Shown: piece after piece, positions 28,223 to 38,115 of the stretch
Numbering within the stretch: the stretch's first letter is position 1
Layout of the letters: each line of letters begins with the position of its first letter
Assembly: GCA_018061805.1 (NCBI GenBank)
Contig: JAGOTL010000003.1
Location: 1,416-65,415, forward strand
Origin: Candidatus Babeliales bacterium
GTDB taxonomy: Bacteria; Babelota; Babeliae; Babelales; Chromulinivoraceae
Length of the DNA: 64,000 nucleotides
Reading direction: 5' to 3'
Position numbers and translations under genes: made by a program
The notes under the pieces: model-generated
What the model was told of the DNA's origin: nothing
The model's input: only the letters and a program-made list of their open reading frames with translations
Databases searched by the model: none

Positions 28223-29650
28223 ATGTTGAAAAAGTATATCGCGATATTTGTAGGCGTTATAAGTTTATTGGTAGTGGGTTGGACATTGTATAAGATGACT
28301 CATGTTTCGGTATATGAATCAGATCGATTAACCGGATTGGTTCATCAATATGATGCTACCACTTTTCCTTACCAATTATTGGGTAAGGATTTTTTATTTG
28401 GTGTTTCAACTGCAGCACCGCAAATTGAAGAGATTTTTAGTAAAAGTTTTAAAAATGTACCGTATGCTCCCAATACTTTAACCAAAAATTATATCGACAG
28501 GTTTAGGGTAGATGATGCATCAATTGAAAAATTTAAAAATTGGCAAGAACCAGGTGAGTCCTGTATGGGATATTCCCAAGCAAAACAGTTAGTGGATTTA
28601 GCTCGAGATCTTGGTTGTAATGCATATCGATTTACCATTGAATGGAGTCGTGTGAATCCTGAACCGGGTGTTTTTGTGCAAGATGTAATTGATCATTATG
28701 CAGAGTTGGCGCAATATGTCCGACAGCAGGGTATGGTACCTATGGTGTTTTTACATCATTATGTAGACCCGATCTGGTTTATGGATCAAGGTGGTTTTGA
28801 ATCGCGTGAGAACGTTGAGCATTTTAAAAAATATTGTCGCCTTATGATCGATGCATTAAGTCCGCATGTAGATATGTTTGTAGTGTTTAATCAGCCTGCA
28901 GCATATGCGCGTAAAGGATATATAGCTGGCGGTCAAATGCCGTTTATTAAAAATAAACCGACAGAACAAGGAACTTTTCCTCGAGCAGAAGCAGTATTGC
29001 ATACGATGTTGAATGTCGCTGTTGGCCTAGCAGAATATATTCATACAAAAGGAAAGTTAGCAGGTGTTTGTCATCAGTATGTACAGGCTGTGGTAGCTAA
29101 AGAAAAAACAAAGCAGCAACTATGGTATGCAGCTAACTTTGAGCGTTATTATAACCAGTTGTTTTTACAGTATTTTAAAGATAAACAAGATAAAGTTGAT
29201 TTTGTGGCATGGCAATATTATGCACGATTTAGATTATCTCTAACTCCTGATGGAGATGAAACAGTTATGCCTCTTGATCATGAATTAGCACTTAGAACAG
29301 ATGATGGTTTTAGATTTATGGATGAAGAAGGTTTTTATAACAGCTTAGAAGTGTGTGCACATCATTTCCCTGATAAGAAAATATATGTGACTGAAAATGG
29401 TTGTAATACAACAGATGAATCTTATGCAATTAATTTCCTGAATAAATATTTATCAGCATTATTTCTTGCAAAAAAACGAGGCATTAATGTGTGTGGGTAT
29501 TTCTATTGGACTTTAATTGATAATTATGAATGGGGCCGTAATTTTACCGCTCATTTTGGTATGTACACGCGTCTAGATCGCCAGATGAAAGAACGTGGCC
29601 AATATTATAAAAAAATTATACATGAGTATGAAAAATTTTATAAAAAATAG
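28223..29650 (+). CDS. Glycoside hydrolase family 1 homologue with N-terminal membrane anchor and NEP->NQP substitution
   Basis: GH1 blocks present: FLFGVSTAAPQIEE, YRFTIEWSRVNPEPG, VVFNQPAAYARKGY (acid/base position), IYVTENG (nucleophile), GYFYWTLIDNYEWGRNFTAHFGMY. TM segment YIAIFVGVISLLVVGW. Confidence 0.85.
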   Translation: MLKKYIAIFVGVISLLVVGWTLYKMTHVSVYESDRLTGLVHQYDATTFPYQLLGKDFLFGVSTAAPQIEEIFSKSFKNVPYAPNTLTKNYIDRFRVDDASIEKFKNWQEPGESCMGYSQAKQLVDLARDLGCNAYRFTIEWSRVNPEPGVFVQDVIDHYAELAQYVRQQGMVPMVFLHHYVDPIWFMDQGGFESRENVEHFKKYCRLMIDALSPHVDMFVVFNQPAAYARKGYIAGGQMPFIKNKPTEQGTFPRAEAVLHTMLNVAVGLAEYIHTKGKLAGVCHQYVQAVVAKEKTKQQLWYAANFERYYNQLFLQYFKDKQDKVDFVAWQYYARFRLSLTPDGDETVMPLDHELALRTDDGFRFMDEEGFYNSLEVCAHHFPDKKIYVTENGCNTTDESYAINFLNKYLSALFLAKKRGINVCGYFYWTLIDNYEWGRNFTAHFGMYTRLDRQMKERGQYYKKIIHEYEKFYKK

Positions 29651-29688
29651 ACACAGTGGGTTGGATTATTAAAAAAGGAGAAGGTAGA

Positions 29689-30594
29689 GTGAAAAAACAT
29701 GTGATAAGTTTGATTTTGTTGTTTGGGTACATGTCATGTGCTGAGACTTCATCTATAGGTGAAGGATGTTTAGCGCGTTGTTCAAAATACGATGATCAAA
29801 TGAAGTTGATTACTGCTCAGTTTGAAATGATGAAGCTTGAAAACTTTTATGCTACTATGGATAAGGCTGTATATTATGAATATGCACAGTCGCTTAGATT
29901 AATTGGTTTTGATTTGTCATTGTTTCGTAAGCTCATACAAGCTTTTATGGGCAGTGAGTATATGACTATACATGAAATAGACACAGCTTTGCTTTCATTG
30001 CAGCAAACATTGAAACCTCTTGAAAAAATAAAATTAAAAAAAGAAGATATTGAACGCTTTCAGCAAAATAGTGATTTGATTATGCAGCATTTGATCTTGC
30101 TTGGTAAAGTGTTGCAAGACCTAGAAGGTGTTAGAATTGAAACAGGCAAATATGGATATACCGACCAGCATCGTGCTTTGCTACAGCTGAGTGAGGATGC
30201 AAAAGATATAGTAGGTAAAATTAAAGCTGTTGATATTAAAAAGTTACAACCTTTTAAAGGTTACATGAAGTATATGGTTACCATAGCAAACACAGCTGTA
30301 AGTTTATCTGTGATAGCATTGCCTATTTGGCAAAAACGAGCAGAAATTAAAGAACAGTATGCAAAATTTCAACAGCAATATGCTCAAATTGGCGGTATTG
30401 CTGGAGCAGCGGGCTTTGTGCATGCGATGGATAAAGAAAAAATAAAACAATTGTTTACGCTCATTGATCAAAATTTTAATATAAGTCAGCATGTACTTGG
30501 ATTTTTGAAAACAAAAGGACAGAGTTATATGCAGAAAAAAATAAGAAAAATGCGCGGTGATGATGTCGAGTATCCTATCATAGGCAATCAATAA
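29689..30594 (+). CDS. Hypothetical signal-peptide protein with one internal TM segment
   Basis: GTG 29689 sits 8 nt after a GGAG RBS (the listed GTG 29656 is less likely). N-terminus VKKHVISLILLFGYMSC. Coiled-coil-like body. Confidence 0.6.
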   Translation: MKKHVISLILLFGYMSCAETSSIGEGCLARCSKYDDQMKLITAQFEMMKLENFYATMDKAVYYEYAQSLRLIGFDLSLFRKLIQAFMGSEYMTIHEIDTALLSLQQTLKPLEKIKLKKEDIERFQQNSDLIMQHLILLGKVLQDLEGVRIETGKYGYTDQHRALLQLSEDAKDIVGKIKAVDIKKLQPFKGYMKYMVTIANTAVSLSVIALPIWQKRAEIKEQYAKFQQQYAQIGGIAGAAGFVHAMDKEKIKQLFTLIDQNFNISQHVLGFLKTKGQSYMQKKIRKMRGDDVEYPIIGNQ

Positions 30595-30606
30595 GATTTA
30601 GAACAT

Positions 30607-30635
30607 AAAAAGACGCAGTTTAATACTGCGTCTTT
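30607..30635. terminator. Bidirectional rho-independent terminator
   Basis: Stem aaaagacgcagt / actgcgtctttt with 5-nt loop, between convergent genes. A second small hairpin cggct-ttta-agccg plus T-run follows near 30660-30678. Confidence 0.7.
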
Positions 30636-30675
30636 TTATTCTACTTCGCTTAATACTGCGGCTTTTAAGCCGTTT

Positions 30676-31974
30676 TTAGAATGTGACTGATAGTTGAGCA
30701 CCATATGATGAAGCTATAGCATCACGCATACCATTGGTTGCAACTTTCCAGAATATTTCAAATTGTGGGACAATTTTTTTAAAGTCTTCGTTGTGTGGAC
30801 AGAATATTCCAAAGAGTGAAAATTGGTGTCGTGTTTTTTCATCAAGGCTTATTGCTGAATTTATAACATCTGCATGAATACTTGAATTAAACGGAATAAG
30901 GACATCGCGACCTTGGCGCCAGTATTGATACAGTCCTTTAAGTTGGAAACGTTTACAAAAGCTGTATACGGAACCATTAAGGTTAAAGTTTTGAATAATT
31001 GCATGTTGTACATATGTTTGTGTTTGAATTGGAAACAAAAGAGTTGTTTGTGTTGCAAATGTTTTAACACGACGAATCTGTTCATTGCTCCAGTAGTACC
31101 AAAATTGTGCGCTAAATCCAAGATCTGCAACATTGCCTAAATTAAAACTTAGGCCACCACCAAAAGGTAAGCCGACTGCGCCATTGCTGCCAAAGTATAC
31201 AGGAAACACAACGTTGTCACAGCTTTTTAGGGCTGTAGGAACGATGATACCGATACGAGCATTTGCTTGTACGTTACGAAGTGTAGGTCTGCGTTGTGGA
31301 AAATCACGTTGCCATTCTGCAAGTACTGTAAGATCACCCAGTCCTTTAGTGTTCCAGTTACCGATATGAAGACCAAAATATTTTAAAGCATCTTGCGCAA
31401 AAGTATCGACCAATTCTTGTTGTATTGCAATATCAGAAAATAAAGCATTGGTACCAGAATATGTCCACTTGGTATTGCTCATCTTAGCAAAGTAAAAAGG
31501 TAAGTAAGCGCTTAAGTAAAATCCTTGACCAAGTCCGTATACGCCGCTTACTGCAAATTGACCACAAGATAAATTGGCAGTTGGAGTATATAAGCCGTTG
31601 TTAAGGTTGCTGACGCCGCCACCAGGACCACCAGCAATACTATCAAGTAGTTGCGTAAAAGGAGTGGTCAGCGTTTGTACGATGTTGCCATTGATGTCAT
31701 AACCTTGGTACATAGAAACGATATTTTGTTTTTCTTCGTAAACTTGCAATACATTAACCAGGAAAGTTGTGTCTTCTTTGTTGTCTGTTGCATATCCTTG
31801 TACTTTGTAACTTTTTTCACCGAGTACATTGATTTGCGCATTTCTCAGCCCAGGCTTTTTCATTTTAATGTTAATGTCATAGGGTAGAAACATACCAAGT
31901 GGTGGTAACGATGGTTGTACTGTGAAATGTGTGGTGCATAGCAAGAGTGCTAAACGTAGATGGATTTTGTTCAT
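30676..31974 (-). CDS. Outer-membrane beta-barrel protein
   Basis: Signal peptide MNKIHLRLALLLCTTHFTV. Alternating beta pattern. GLGDLTV motif. C-terminal ...GAQLSVTF ending in Phe. Confidence 0.7.
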   Translation of the reverse strand: MNKIHLRLALLLCTTHFTVQPSLPPLGMFLPYDINIKMKKPGLRNAQINVLGEKSYKVQGYATDNKEDTTFLVNVLQVYEEKQNIVSMYQGYDINGNIVQTLTTPFTQLLDSIAGGPGGGVSNLNNGLYTPTANLSCGQFAVSGVYGLGQGFYLSAYLPFYFAKMSNTKWTYSGTNALFSDIAIQQELVDTFAQDALKYFGLHIGNWNTKGLGDLTVLAEWQRDFPQRRPTLRNVQANARIGIIVPTALKSCDNVVFPVYFGSNGAVGLPFGGGLSFNLGNVADLGFSAQFWYYWSNEQIRRVKTFATQTTLLFPIQTQTYVQHAIIQNFNLNGSVYSFCKRFQLKGLYQYWRQGRDVLIPFNSSIHADVINSAISLDEKTRHQFSLFGIFCPHNEDFKKIVPQFEIFWKVATNGMRDAIASSYGAQLSVTF

Positions 31975-31994
31975 TAATTAATCCTTATTATTTC

Positions 31995-34775
31995 TTATGC
32001 ATTGGCATGAGCTTGAAAATCACCGGCACAAATTAAAGCACCAGCTGTCGACTCACGTACCATTCCTAAAATATTAGTACCTGCTGCAATAAATGTAAGT
32101 GGGCTATACGCACTTAACATTGGTAATATTACGTGGCTACTAGATATTCCTGATCGTATAGAACTAAAAAGTTGCTGTACAAAAGGAGTGGCCTGTGAGT
32201 TTGAAGGTTGATCGATTCCAATAAAATAACTGTTTGCAATGTTCCAAGATCCGTCCGTAAAATAACTGCTGACATAGGTGTCAAAAATTAAGAATGCAGT
32301 CAGCTTACCTTGTGTTGTGCTACCTGGTTGTGCAGCATACATATCGGGAAGTGATTCTACAACGCCATTTTGTATTGCAAAACGGTGGATACGAGCTTGC
32401 TGTGTTCCAAATGTGTTATCAAGTATGATCAGGTTGCTTAAATTTTTAAATTCACGATTCGGATTAGGAGTACCTGCTGTTGAAGCAGGAATTGCAATTA
32501 TTTGGCTAATTGCAGGAAGTCCTTGCGGAATAGTTATTTTTGAAACGTTGAGTGATTCAATTTTATATAATCCATCAGTTGTTCCCAGAAGCATGTATCC
32601 GTTATCAATAATCATAGTTAGGAAATACATGTTACTGTTAAGCTCTGAGCTTGTGATAACAGTTTCAATATTTAAATCTGCAGTTGGTGTAGCTTTAAAT
32701 TTATTTGGATCAAGTGCAATTCTATAGACCGCGCTGGTAGTTAGGATATAAATATATGTTTGATCCCACACTAATTTTTTAACTTGTGAAAAGTCGCCAA
32801 CTGTTTTCCAAGTTTGTCCTGCATTAAGGCCAGCGACACTTGCAAGGTTGCCGGTCCAAGAATATCCAGCAGCGTCATCGGTGAGCACTGAAACACCGCT
32901 CATACCACCAGCAAAAACCCAGTGATTTGCGCCATTATGTGCAATTTCAGCTGCGACTAAAGCTGTGTGGTCATTAATATCTGCACCTGTAAATGTAAGC
33001 ACATCTGCGCCTGTCATAACATTTGGCCCAAAAAAGCCAGCGTGAGGTACGGTTGTGGTATCTCCTGTTTGTCCAATAGATACCATGTTATGACTTGCAC
33101 CAATCAATAATGAAATGGCATTGTTAAAACCAGGTGTTGTTTGTCCAAAATTAAAGACACCTTGCAAACCTTGCATACCAGATTGCGATAAAAAAGGTGA
33201 CAAGTTTGTGTCGGCATTAAATGTTGTTTGATAGAGCGTGTTGAAATTTGGAATTGCGCCTGGAGTTTGGGCAGCTAAGTAAAAACCAGACAGAGATCTG
33301 CCATCTACAAAGCTATATTTCATTTGTTTGTCTGTTCCAAGTACGCGTGTCCATGGTGTCCAACCAACGATATGACCCTCTGGTGCCATGATCGCTTGTG
33401 AGCGATAGGTGCCAGGTGCTTGTGTTGCTGTGTAAACATTACCAATTACAGCGTACACACTATCACCTACAACATACATATCTTGTAGTAAGTTTGGTGC
33501 ATCAATTGGAAGTGGGTTTGCGCCACCGACACGTATTTGGTTAATGATTGCAGCATTTGCCGGATTAATTTGAGTAGGATCTGTGAGTGCTGTTGTAAAA
33601 TTACGTTCTATAAAAATAGTTGGTGTAGAACCAAAACGAGTTGCGACCTTTGTATAATCAGCTATTTTTCCAAAATCAGTACCCGTTGTAACCAGTGGCA
33701 GAGCATAAATTGTTTCAGGAGCAGCACCATCATCACGAACAAAAACGATATATATCAAGTTTGTGCTTGTTTGTAGTGTGTTTATATTTTTTATACGGAT
33801 CGTGTTGCCATTGTACGCAGAAATTGCGGTATCTACTCCGGCAACGGCGGCATCTTTTACAAGAGAAATATAGTCAAGAGAGTATGTTGTAGTGTTGCCA
33901 GTGACGATTGTTGTGAGCATTGGTATCATTGCACCGACAGCAACGCCGCCAGCAGCAGATGTAGCTTCAAGTCCAATAGCTGTGAAGCGCGAAGCAAAAC
34001 CAAAATTTACCTGAGGTCCAAAAGAAGCAAGGTCAGGACCGCCAGCTTTTAAGGCTGCGGTGCTTGTAGTAATTGGTTCTGATTTTAATAATGTTAAGTA
34101 CGGTAAAACATTGTCATTGTTGACCGATAGTCCTTTAGCTTGGCCGAGTACAGCTACTGCTGAAGCACCAGTTCCAAATACTCCTGTTGCATATGCAGTG
34201 TAGATATTGGTTGCATATGCTTGAATGGCAGCGATATTGTTACCAACACCAAAATCATACGTCAGTAAGTTGGTTACGTTTGGTTTTTTTTCAGTTGGAT
34301 TTTCATAATGTTCTATATTTTCAACGGCATACACTGCAGTTGGAAAAGCATCGACGGTAAATACAGGCTTGTGCATTGAAACATCAAAGTTGGTAAATGC
34401 ATTACCCCACATAGGATTTGTAGCAGAAGTTGCAGCCACTCTGTCACCTACGAAAGAAAGCAAAGTAGCGTTTTCGTTAGTCATAGGAGTGGTGCCAAGC
34501 ATTGCTCCAGGATTGATGTATGAAGCAGCTTGTACAATAAAAGATAAACCGTAGGGTTTTGAGTCGTCACTTGCGATAGGATTTTGGTTTGCAGTCCACC
34601 AACGAGCAAAAGAAGTGTCTGACTTGGGGTCATATTTTACAAAGCCAACATTGAAACTAAACGTTGTATTTGTAGCAGCATTAGGATCATTGGAGCTGAC
34701 TTGCACGGTGTATGTTTTTAATGAAAAACAAACCAGAAGCATTATGTAATTGAACGTTTTTTTCATTGTCTTCAT
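31995..34775 (-). CDS. Large secreted/surface protein (926 aa), Thr/Ala/Gly/Asn-rich with few charged residues
   Basis: Signal peptide MKTMKKTFNYIMLLVCFSLKTYT. Beta-rich low-charge composition. 20-nt gap to the downstream OMP gene. Confidence 0.8.
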   Translation of the reverse strand: MKTMKKTFNYIMLLVCFSLKTYTVQVSSNDPNAATNTTFSFNVGFVKYDPKSDTSFARWWTANQNPIASDDSKPYGLSFIVQAASYINPGAMLGTTPMTNENATLLSFVGDRVAATSATNPMWGNAFTNFDVSMHKPVFTVDAFPTAVYAVENIEHYENPTEKKPNVTNLLTYDFGVGNNIAAIQAYATNIYTAYATGVFGTGASAVAVLGQAKGLSVNNDNVLPYLTLLKSEPITTSTAALKAGGPDLASFGPQVNFGFASRFTAIGLEATSAAGGVAVGAMIPMLTTIVTGNTTTYSLDYISLVKDAAVAGVDTAISAYNGNTIRIKNINTLQTSTNLIYIVFVRDDGAAPETIYALPLVTTGTDFGKIADYTKVATRFGSTPTIFIERNFTTALTDPTQINPANAAIINQIRVGGANPLPIDAPNLLQDMYVVGDSVYAVIGNVYTATQAPGTYRSQAIMAPEGHIVGWTPWTRVLGTDKQMKYSFVDGRSLSGFYLAAQTPGAIPNFNTLYQTTFNADTNLSPFLSQSGMQGLQGVFNFGQTTPGFNNAISLLIGASHNMVSIGQTGDTTTVPHAGFFGPNVMTGADVLTFTGADINDHTALVAAEIAHNGANHWVFAGGMSGVSVLTDDAAGYSWTGNLASVAGLNAGQTWKTVGDFSQVKKLVWDQTYIYILTTSAVYRIALDPNKFKATPTADLNIETVITSSELNSNMYFLTMIIDNGYMLLGTTDGLYKIESLNVSKITIPQGLPAISQIIAIPASTAGTPNPNREFKNLSNLIILDNTFGTQQARIHRFAIQNGVVESLPDMYAAQPGSTTQGKLTAFLIFDTYVSSYFTDGSWNIANSYFIGIDQPSNSQATPFVQQLFSSIRSGISSSHVILPMLSAYSPLTFIAAGTNILGMVRESTAGALICAGDFQAHANA

Positions 34776-34916
34776 CCTTTATTGTTGTTCCGTTGCGCTT
34801 ATTGTGGTTTTAAACTTTTCTATTTGTAAAAAATATGGTAATGTAAAAGCAGTGTAGTACACAAGAAGCTCATGTATTGGTAGTTTACACAAAATTCAAA
34901 AAAATAGATCATTTTT

Positions 34917-36434
34917 ATGCATACAAAAATTTTTTCTGCAACCACTATTGGCGTACAAGCTCATCAAGTAGATGTGGAAGTTGATATATCGTTCGGTTTA
35001 ATTAATTTTTTTATTGTTGGTTTGCCTGATACGGCGATTAAAGAAAGTCGTCAAAGAATTGTCACGGCTTTAAAAAATTCTGGGTTTAAAATACCTGAAA
35101 AAAAGATTACCGTTAATTTAGCTCCTGCACATATTAAAAAAGAAGGTACGTTATTTGATCTTCCTATTGCGCTTGGTATTTTGCACGCAAGTAAAATGAT
35201 AGAAGTTGATCCAGCATTTTTACAAGAAACAATTATTATTGGTGAACTATCTTTAGATGGAGCTATTAAACCAATTCAGGGTGCTTTGGCTATTGCATGC
35301 GACGCACCAAAATTGGGTAAAAAAAGAATTATTTTGCCGTATGACAATGCGTGCGAAGCTGGTTTGATACAAGATGTAGAAATTTACGGCGTTAAAACAT
35401 TGGTCGAACTTGTTCATTTTTTACGACAAGAAACAAATATTACGCCAACCAAAACTGATCTGACAAAATATATAGCATCACAAAAATCTGATAACGTAGA
35501 TTTTGCAGATGTTAAAGGTCAAACATGGGCAAAACGCGCATTGCAAATAGCAGCGGCAGGCCGTCACAATGTTTTATTCTCCGGTCCTCCGGGCTCTGGT
35601 AAGACAATGCTTGCCAAAAGATTGTTAACCATAATGCCTGATATGACATACCATGAAATTATCGATACAACGAAAGTTTACTCTATTAGTGGTAAGCTGG
35701 CAGGCAAATCGTTGGTTACAGCGCGTCCTTTTAGAAGCCCTCATCATTCAGTATCTGCAGCAGGTTTGATAGGTGGTGGAACCTTTCCAAAGCCGGGTGA
35801 AGCGAGTTTGTCGCATCACGGGATCTTGTTTTTGGATGAATTGACCGAGTTTAAGCGAGATGTGCTTGAAGCTTTACGACAACCTTTGGAAAGCCGAGTA
35901 GCAGATATTTCCCGAGTACAACAGTCGATTCAGTATCCGGCATCATTTTTATTGGTAGCAGCTTTAAATCCATGTCCTTGTGGGCACTATGGGGATACGG
36001 TTAAACAATGTATTTGTTCTTTGCAGCAGATTCAAAAGTACCAAGCAAAGCTCTCAGGGCCGCTACTCGATCGTATTGATATTAAAGTCTCTGTTCAAGC
36101 TGTTAGTTATCAGGATGCAACTTCGGCTCAAATAGCTGACGCTGTTACGTCTGAGTCGCTTCGGATTGGAGTCCAGCAGGCACTCGCAATGCAAAAACGC
36201 CGTTTTGGGACAGATGCCAAAACCAATAGCATGATGACATCACAAGATATTGCTCAATTTTGCGTTGTTGACGATCAAGCAGAGATTTTACTTCAAAAGG
36301 CCTTTGCAAAGCTTCAATTGAGCATGAGAAGTTACCATAAAATATTGAAATTGGCTCGCACGATAGCCGACGTTGAAGGGTGCGAAATGATACAAAGTAA
36401 GCACGTCCAAGAAGCGATTATGTACAAATCTTAA
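34917..36434 (+). CDS. comM: Mg-chelatase-like AAA+ protein ComM/YifB
   Basis: N-terminal Lon-protease-like domain (VDVEVDIS..GL..F.IVGLPDTAIKESRQR; KKEGTLFDLPIALGIL). Walker A GPPGSGKT. ILFLDELTEF. 505 aa. Confidence 0.93.
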   Translation: MHTKIFSATTIGVQAHQVDVEVDISFGLINFFIVGLPDTAIKESRQRIVTALKNSGFKIPEKKITVNLAPAHIKKEGTLFDLPIALGILHASKMIEVDPAFLQETIIIGELSLDGAIKPIQGALAIACDAPKLGKKRIILPYDNACEAGLIQDVEIYGVKTLVELVHFLRQETNITPTKTDLTKYIASQKSDNVDFADVKGQTWAKRALQIAAAGRHNVLFSGPPGSGKTMLAKRLLTIMPDMTYHEIIDTTKVYSISGKLAGKSLVTARPFRSPHHSVSAAGLIGGGTFPKPGEASLSHHGILFLDELTEFKRDVLEALRQPLESRVADISRVQQSIQYPASFLLVAALNPCPCGHYGDTVKQCICSLQQIQKYQAKLSGPLLDRIDIKVSVQAVSYQDATSAQIADAVTSESLRIGVQQALAMQKRRFGTDAKTNSMMTSQDIAQFCVVDDQAEILLQKAFAKLQLSMRSYHKILKLARTIADVEGCEMIQSKHVQEAIMYKS

Positions 36435-36470
36435 TGCTGGATTAAGACGATCTGATCGGTCTTTTGCGAT

Positions 36471-36498
36471 TTGGAAAAAGTACCAGTTGTGGTATACT
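36471..36498 (+). promoter_or_regulatory. Candidate sigma70 promoter for the 36.5-39.9 kb cluster
   Basis: -35 TTGGAA (36471-76), 16-nt spacer, extended -10 TGgTATACT (36490-98). The AT-rich background makes false positives likely. Confidence 0.3.
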
Positions 36499-36555
36499 TA
36501 TAAGTAATATGGTGGGTTATTTTCTCATAAATCGGTGGTAAGGGATACGCCTGTG

Positions 36556-37230
36556 ATGAATTGGGGACAGTTTCATAAAAATCTAATAATTTTAACGTTA
36601 TGTATGGTTCAGACGGTATGTGCGTCAACGTTGTCTGATTTTCAAACAAAATATCAAAATATAGTTGTGCAGTTTCAAGCTATTGAATCTCAAAATAGTG
36701 CTTCAAGTCAACAAGCTATCGAACATTTTTTAAACAGTTTATATCAAACATCAGATACTTTTTTTAAGCAATTACAAAAAGATCTTCCTGTTGTAAAAAA
36801 ATTGGTAAAAAAGGCTGTTAAAAAAAATAAGCATGACACCATGGCGTCTGAGTTTGGTAAAAATATTGAACAGTTATATCGTTTCTTAAAAAAATACAGA
36901 TTGCAGTATGATATTATTTGCTTTCATAATAAGACGCGATCAACATGGAACAATCTTTTTAAAGCGGTAGATGAACTCAAAGACATAGCAATTTTGTTGC
37001 CTGAATACGGTATTGATTCTACAGGTTTACAAGGTTTAAAGACGCTGCGTTATCAAATGGATACTATTTTGCGAAAAGCAGATGAGTATGAGTATCGCTT
37101 ACATGCAGATTGGATTGATCTAAAATTGGCAAATTATGTTTTAAAAATAGAAATTATTCGTTTGCGCAACGGCGCAATTTTTCATCCTTTGTATAAAGGG
37201 ATGCCCGTAAAAACAAGTTATCCACGATAA
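36556..37230 (+). CDS. Secreted helical protein of unknown function
   Basis: Start taken at ATG 36556 (MNWGQFHKNLIILTLCMVQTVCAS, signal-like). Lys-rich helical body. Confidence 0.6.
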   Translation: MNWGQFHKNLIILTLCMVQTVCASTLSDFQTKYQNIVVQFQAIESQNSASSQQAIEHFLNSLYQTSDTFFKQLQKDLPVVKKLVKKAVKKNKHDTMASEFGKNIEQLYRFLKKYRLQYDIICFHNKTRSTWNNLFKAVDELKDIAILLPEYGIDSTGLQGLKTLRYQMDTILRKADEYEYRLHADWIDLKLANYVLKIEIIRLRNGAIFHPLYKGMPVKTSYPR

Positions 37231-37254
37231 TCATTGAGTGTAAGGACACAACAA

Positions 37255-38079
37255 ATGTTAAAAAAAAGCATGTTTATAGTAGCATTGTTAGGTGTAACAG
37301 AGTTGTATTCAGACAATAATCCTGCAGTTGTTGTGGGAGTTATTGGTGGAGCAACGGTTGTTGCTGGTACAGCGATTTATATCGCAGCACGTGAACCAAA
37401 TCCTATTAAAATAGATCGCGCGTATAAAACAATTGATTTGTATCAGATGCGCGTACAAAGCTATATGAAATATATGAATACTACAGAAGGTATTATGTAT
37501 TTTGTTAATCAACCACAATCATTCATGGAAATTGGGATTATGGTTGAACATGTTGAACAAGTCTATAAAGATATTAAAAAACGCTACGGTTCATGGTTTA
37601 CTCCGTGGAATTGGACGCATGAAATGAAAAAAGCGTATGACAATATTGGTGTGTTGTACAATGACATTGTTGTTTTAAAGTATGCATGTCAGTATGCGCC
37701 ACTTATTCGTGCATGTTCATATTGTCATCAAAGCTACACACCTGCTCAAATGTTAATTGCTGCTCGCGCAGTGTGTGCGGGTACAACATCATATCCATTG
37801 ATGGAATGTGTTGATCATATTCGTGATTTAGTGCGGACTATAAAATATGAACATCGTTTTATGCAGCATCATCCATTTACGCAAATTATGGAATATATTG
37901 TAAAATCACTTGTTGCAACATCTGAGTACATACAAGAACGTCAAGCATATGAACAATATAAGCAACAGCAACGTGTAGCTCAAGCCGCAGAATCGCAAGC
38001 ATCTGCCGCATGGGCGCAAGCAGAAGCTCAGAATAGACAAGCTCGTGCACTTGAAGAGCGCAATAGATTAGAGCGTTAA
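37255..38079 (+). CDS. Membrane protein, paralogue of 39122..39907, with Q/A-rich coiled C-terminal tail
   Basis: ATG 37255 sits 8 nt after an AAGGA RBS. Signal plus Gly/Ala-rich TM (VVVGVIGGATVVAGTAIYIAA). Shares TSYPLMECVDHIRDL...SEYIQERQAYEQYK with the paralogue. Confidence 0.7.
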   Translation: MLKKSMFIVALLGVTELYSDNNPAVVVGVIGGATVVAGTAIYIAAREPNPIKIDRAYKTIDLYQMRVQSYMKYMNTTEGIMYFVNQPQSFMEIGIMVEHVEQVYKDIKKRYGSWFTPWNWTHEMKKAYDNIGVLYNDIVVLKYACQYAPLIRACSYCHQSYTPAQMLIAARAVCAGTTSYPLMECVDHIRDLVRTIKYEHRFMQHHPFTQIMEYIVKSLVATSEYIQERQAYEQYKQQQRVAQAAESQASAAWAQAEAQNRQARALEERNRLER

Positions 38080-38084
38080 AAGTA
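38032..38084 (+). repeat. 53-bp perfect direct repeat, copy 1 (last 15 codons plus stop of the 37255..38079 gene)
   Basis: aatagacaagctcgtgcacttgaagagcgcaatagattagagcgttaaaagta is identical to 39003..39055 (checked base by base). Confidence 0.95.
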
Positions 38085-38115
38085 GATTTTAGGGATTTAT
38101 ATCAGGGACTTATAT

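Noticed and set aside
36431-36649. 72-aa minus-strand ORF spanning the comM stop and the downstream promoter region
   Set aside because: It runs antisense across an intergenic promoter and the start of the next gene. It has no RBS and would overlap both flanking CDS.
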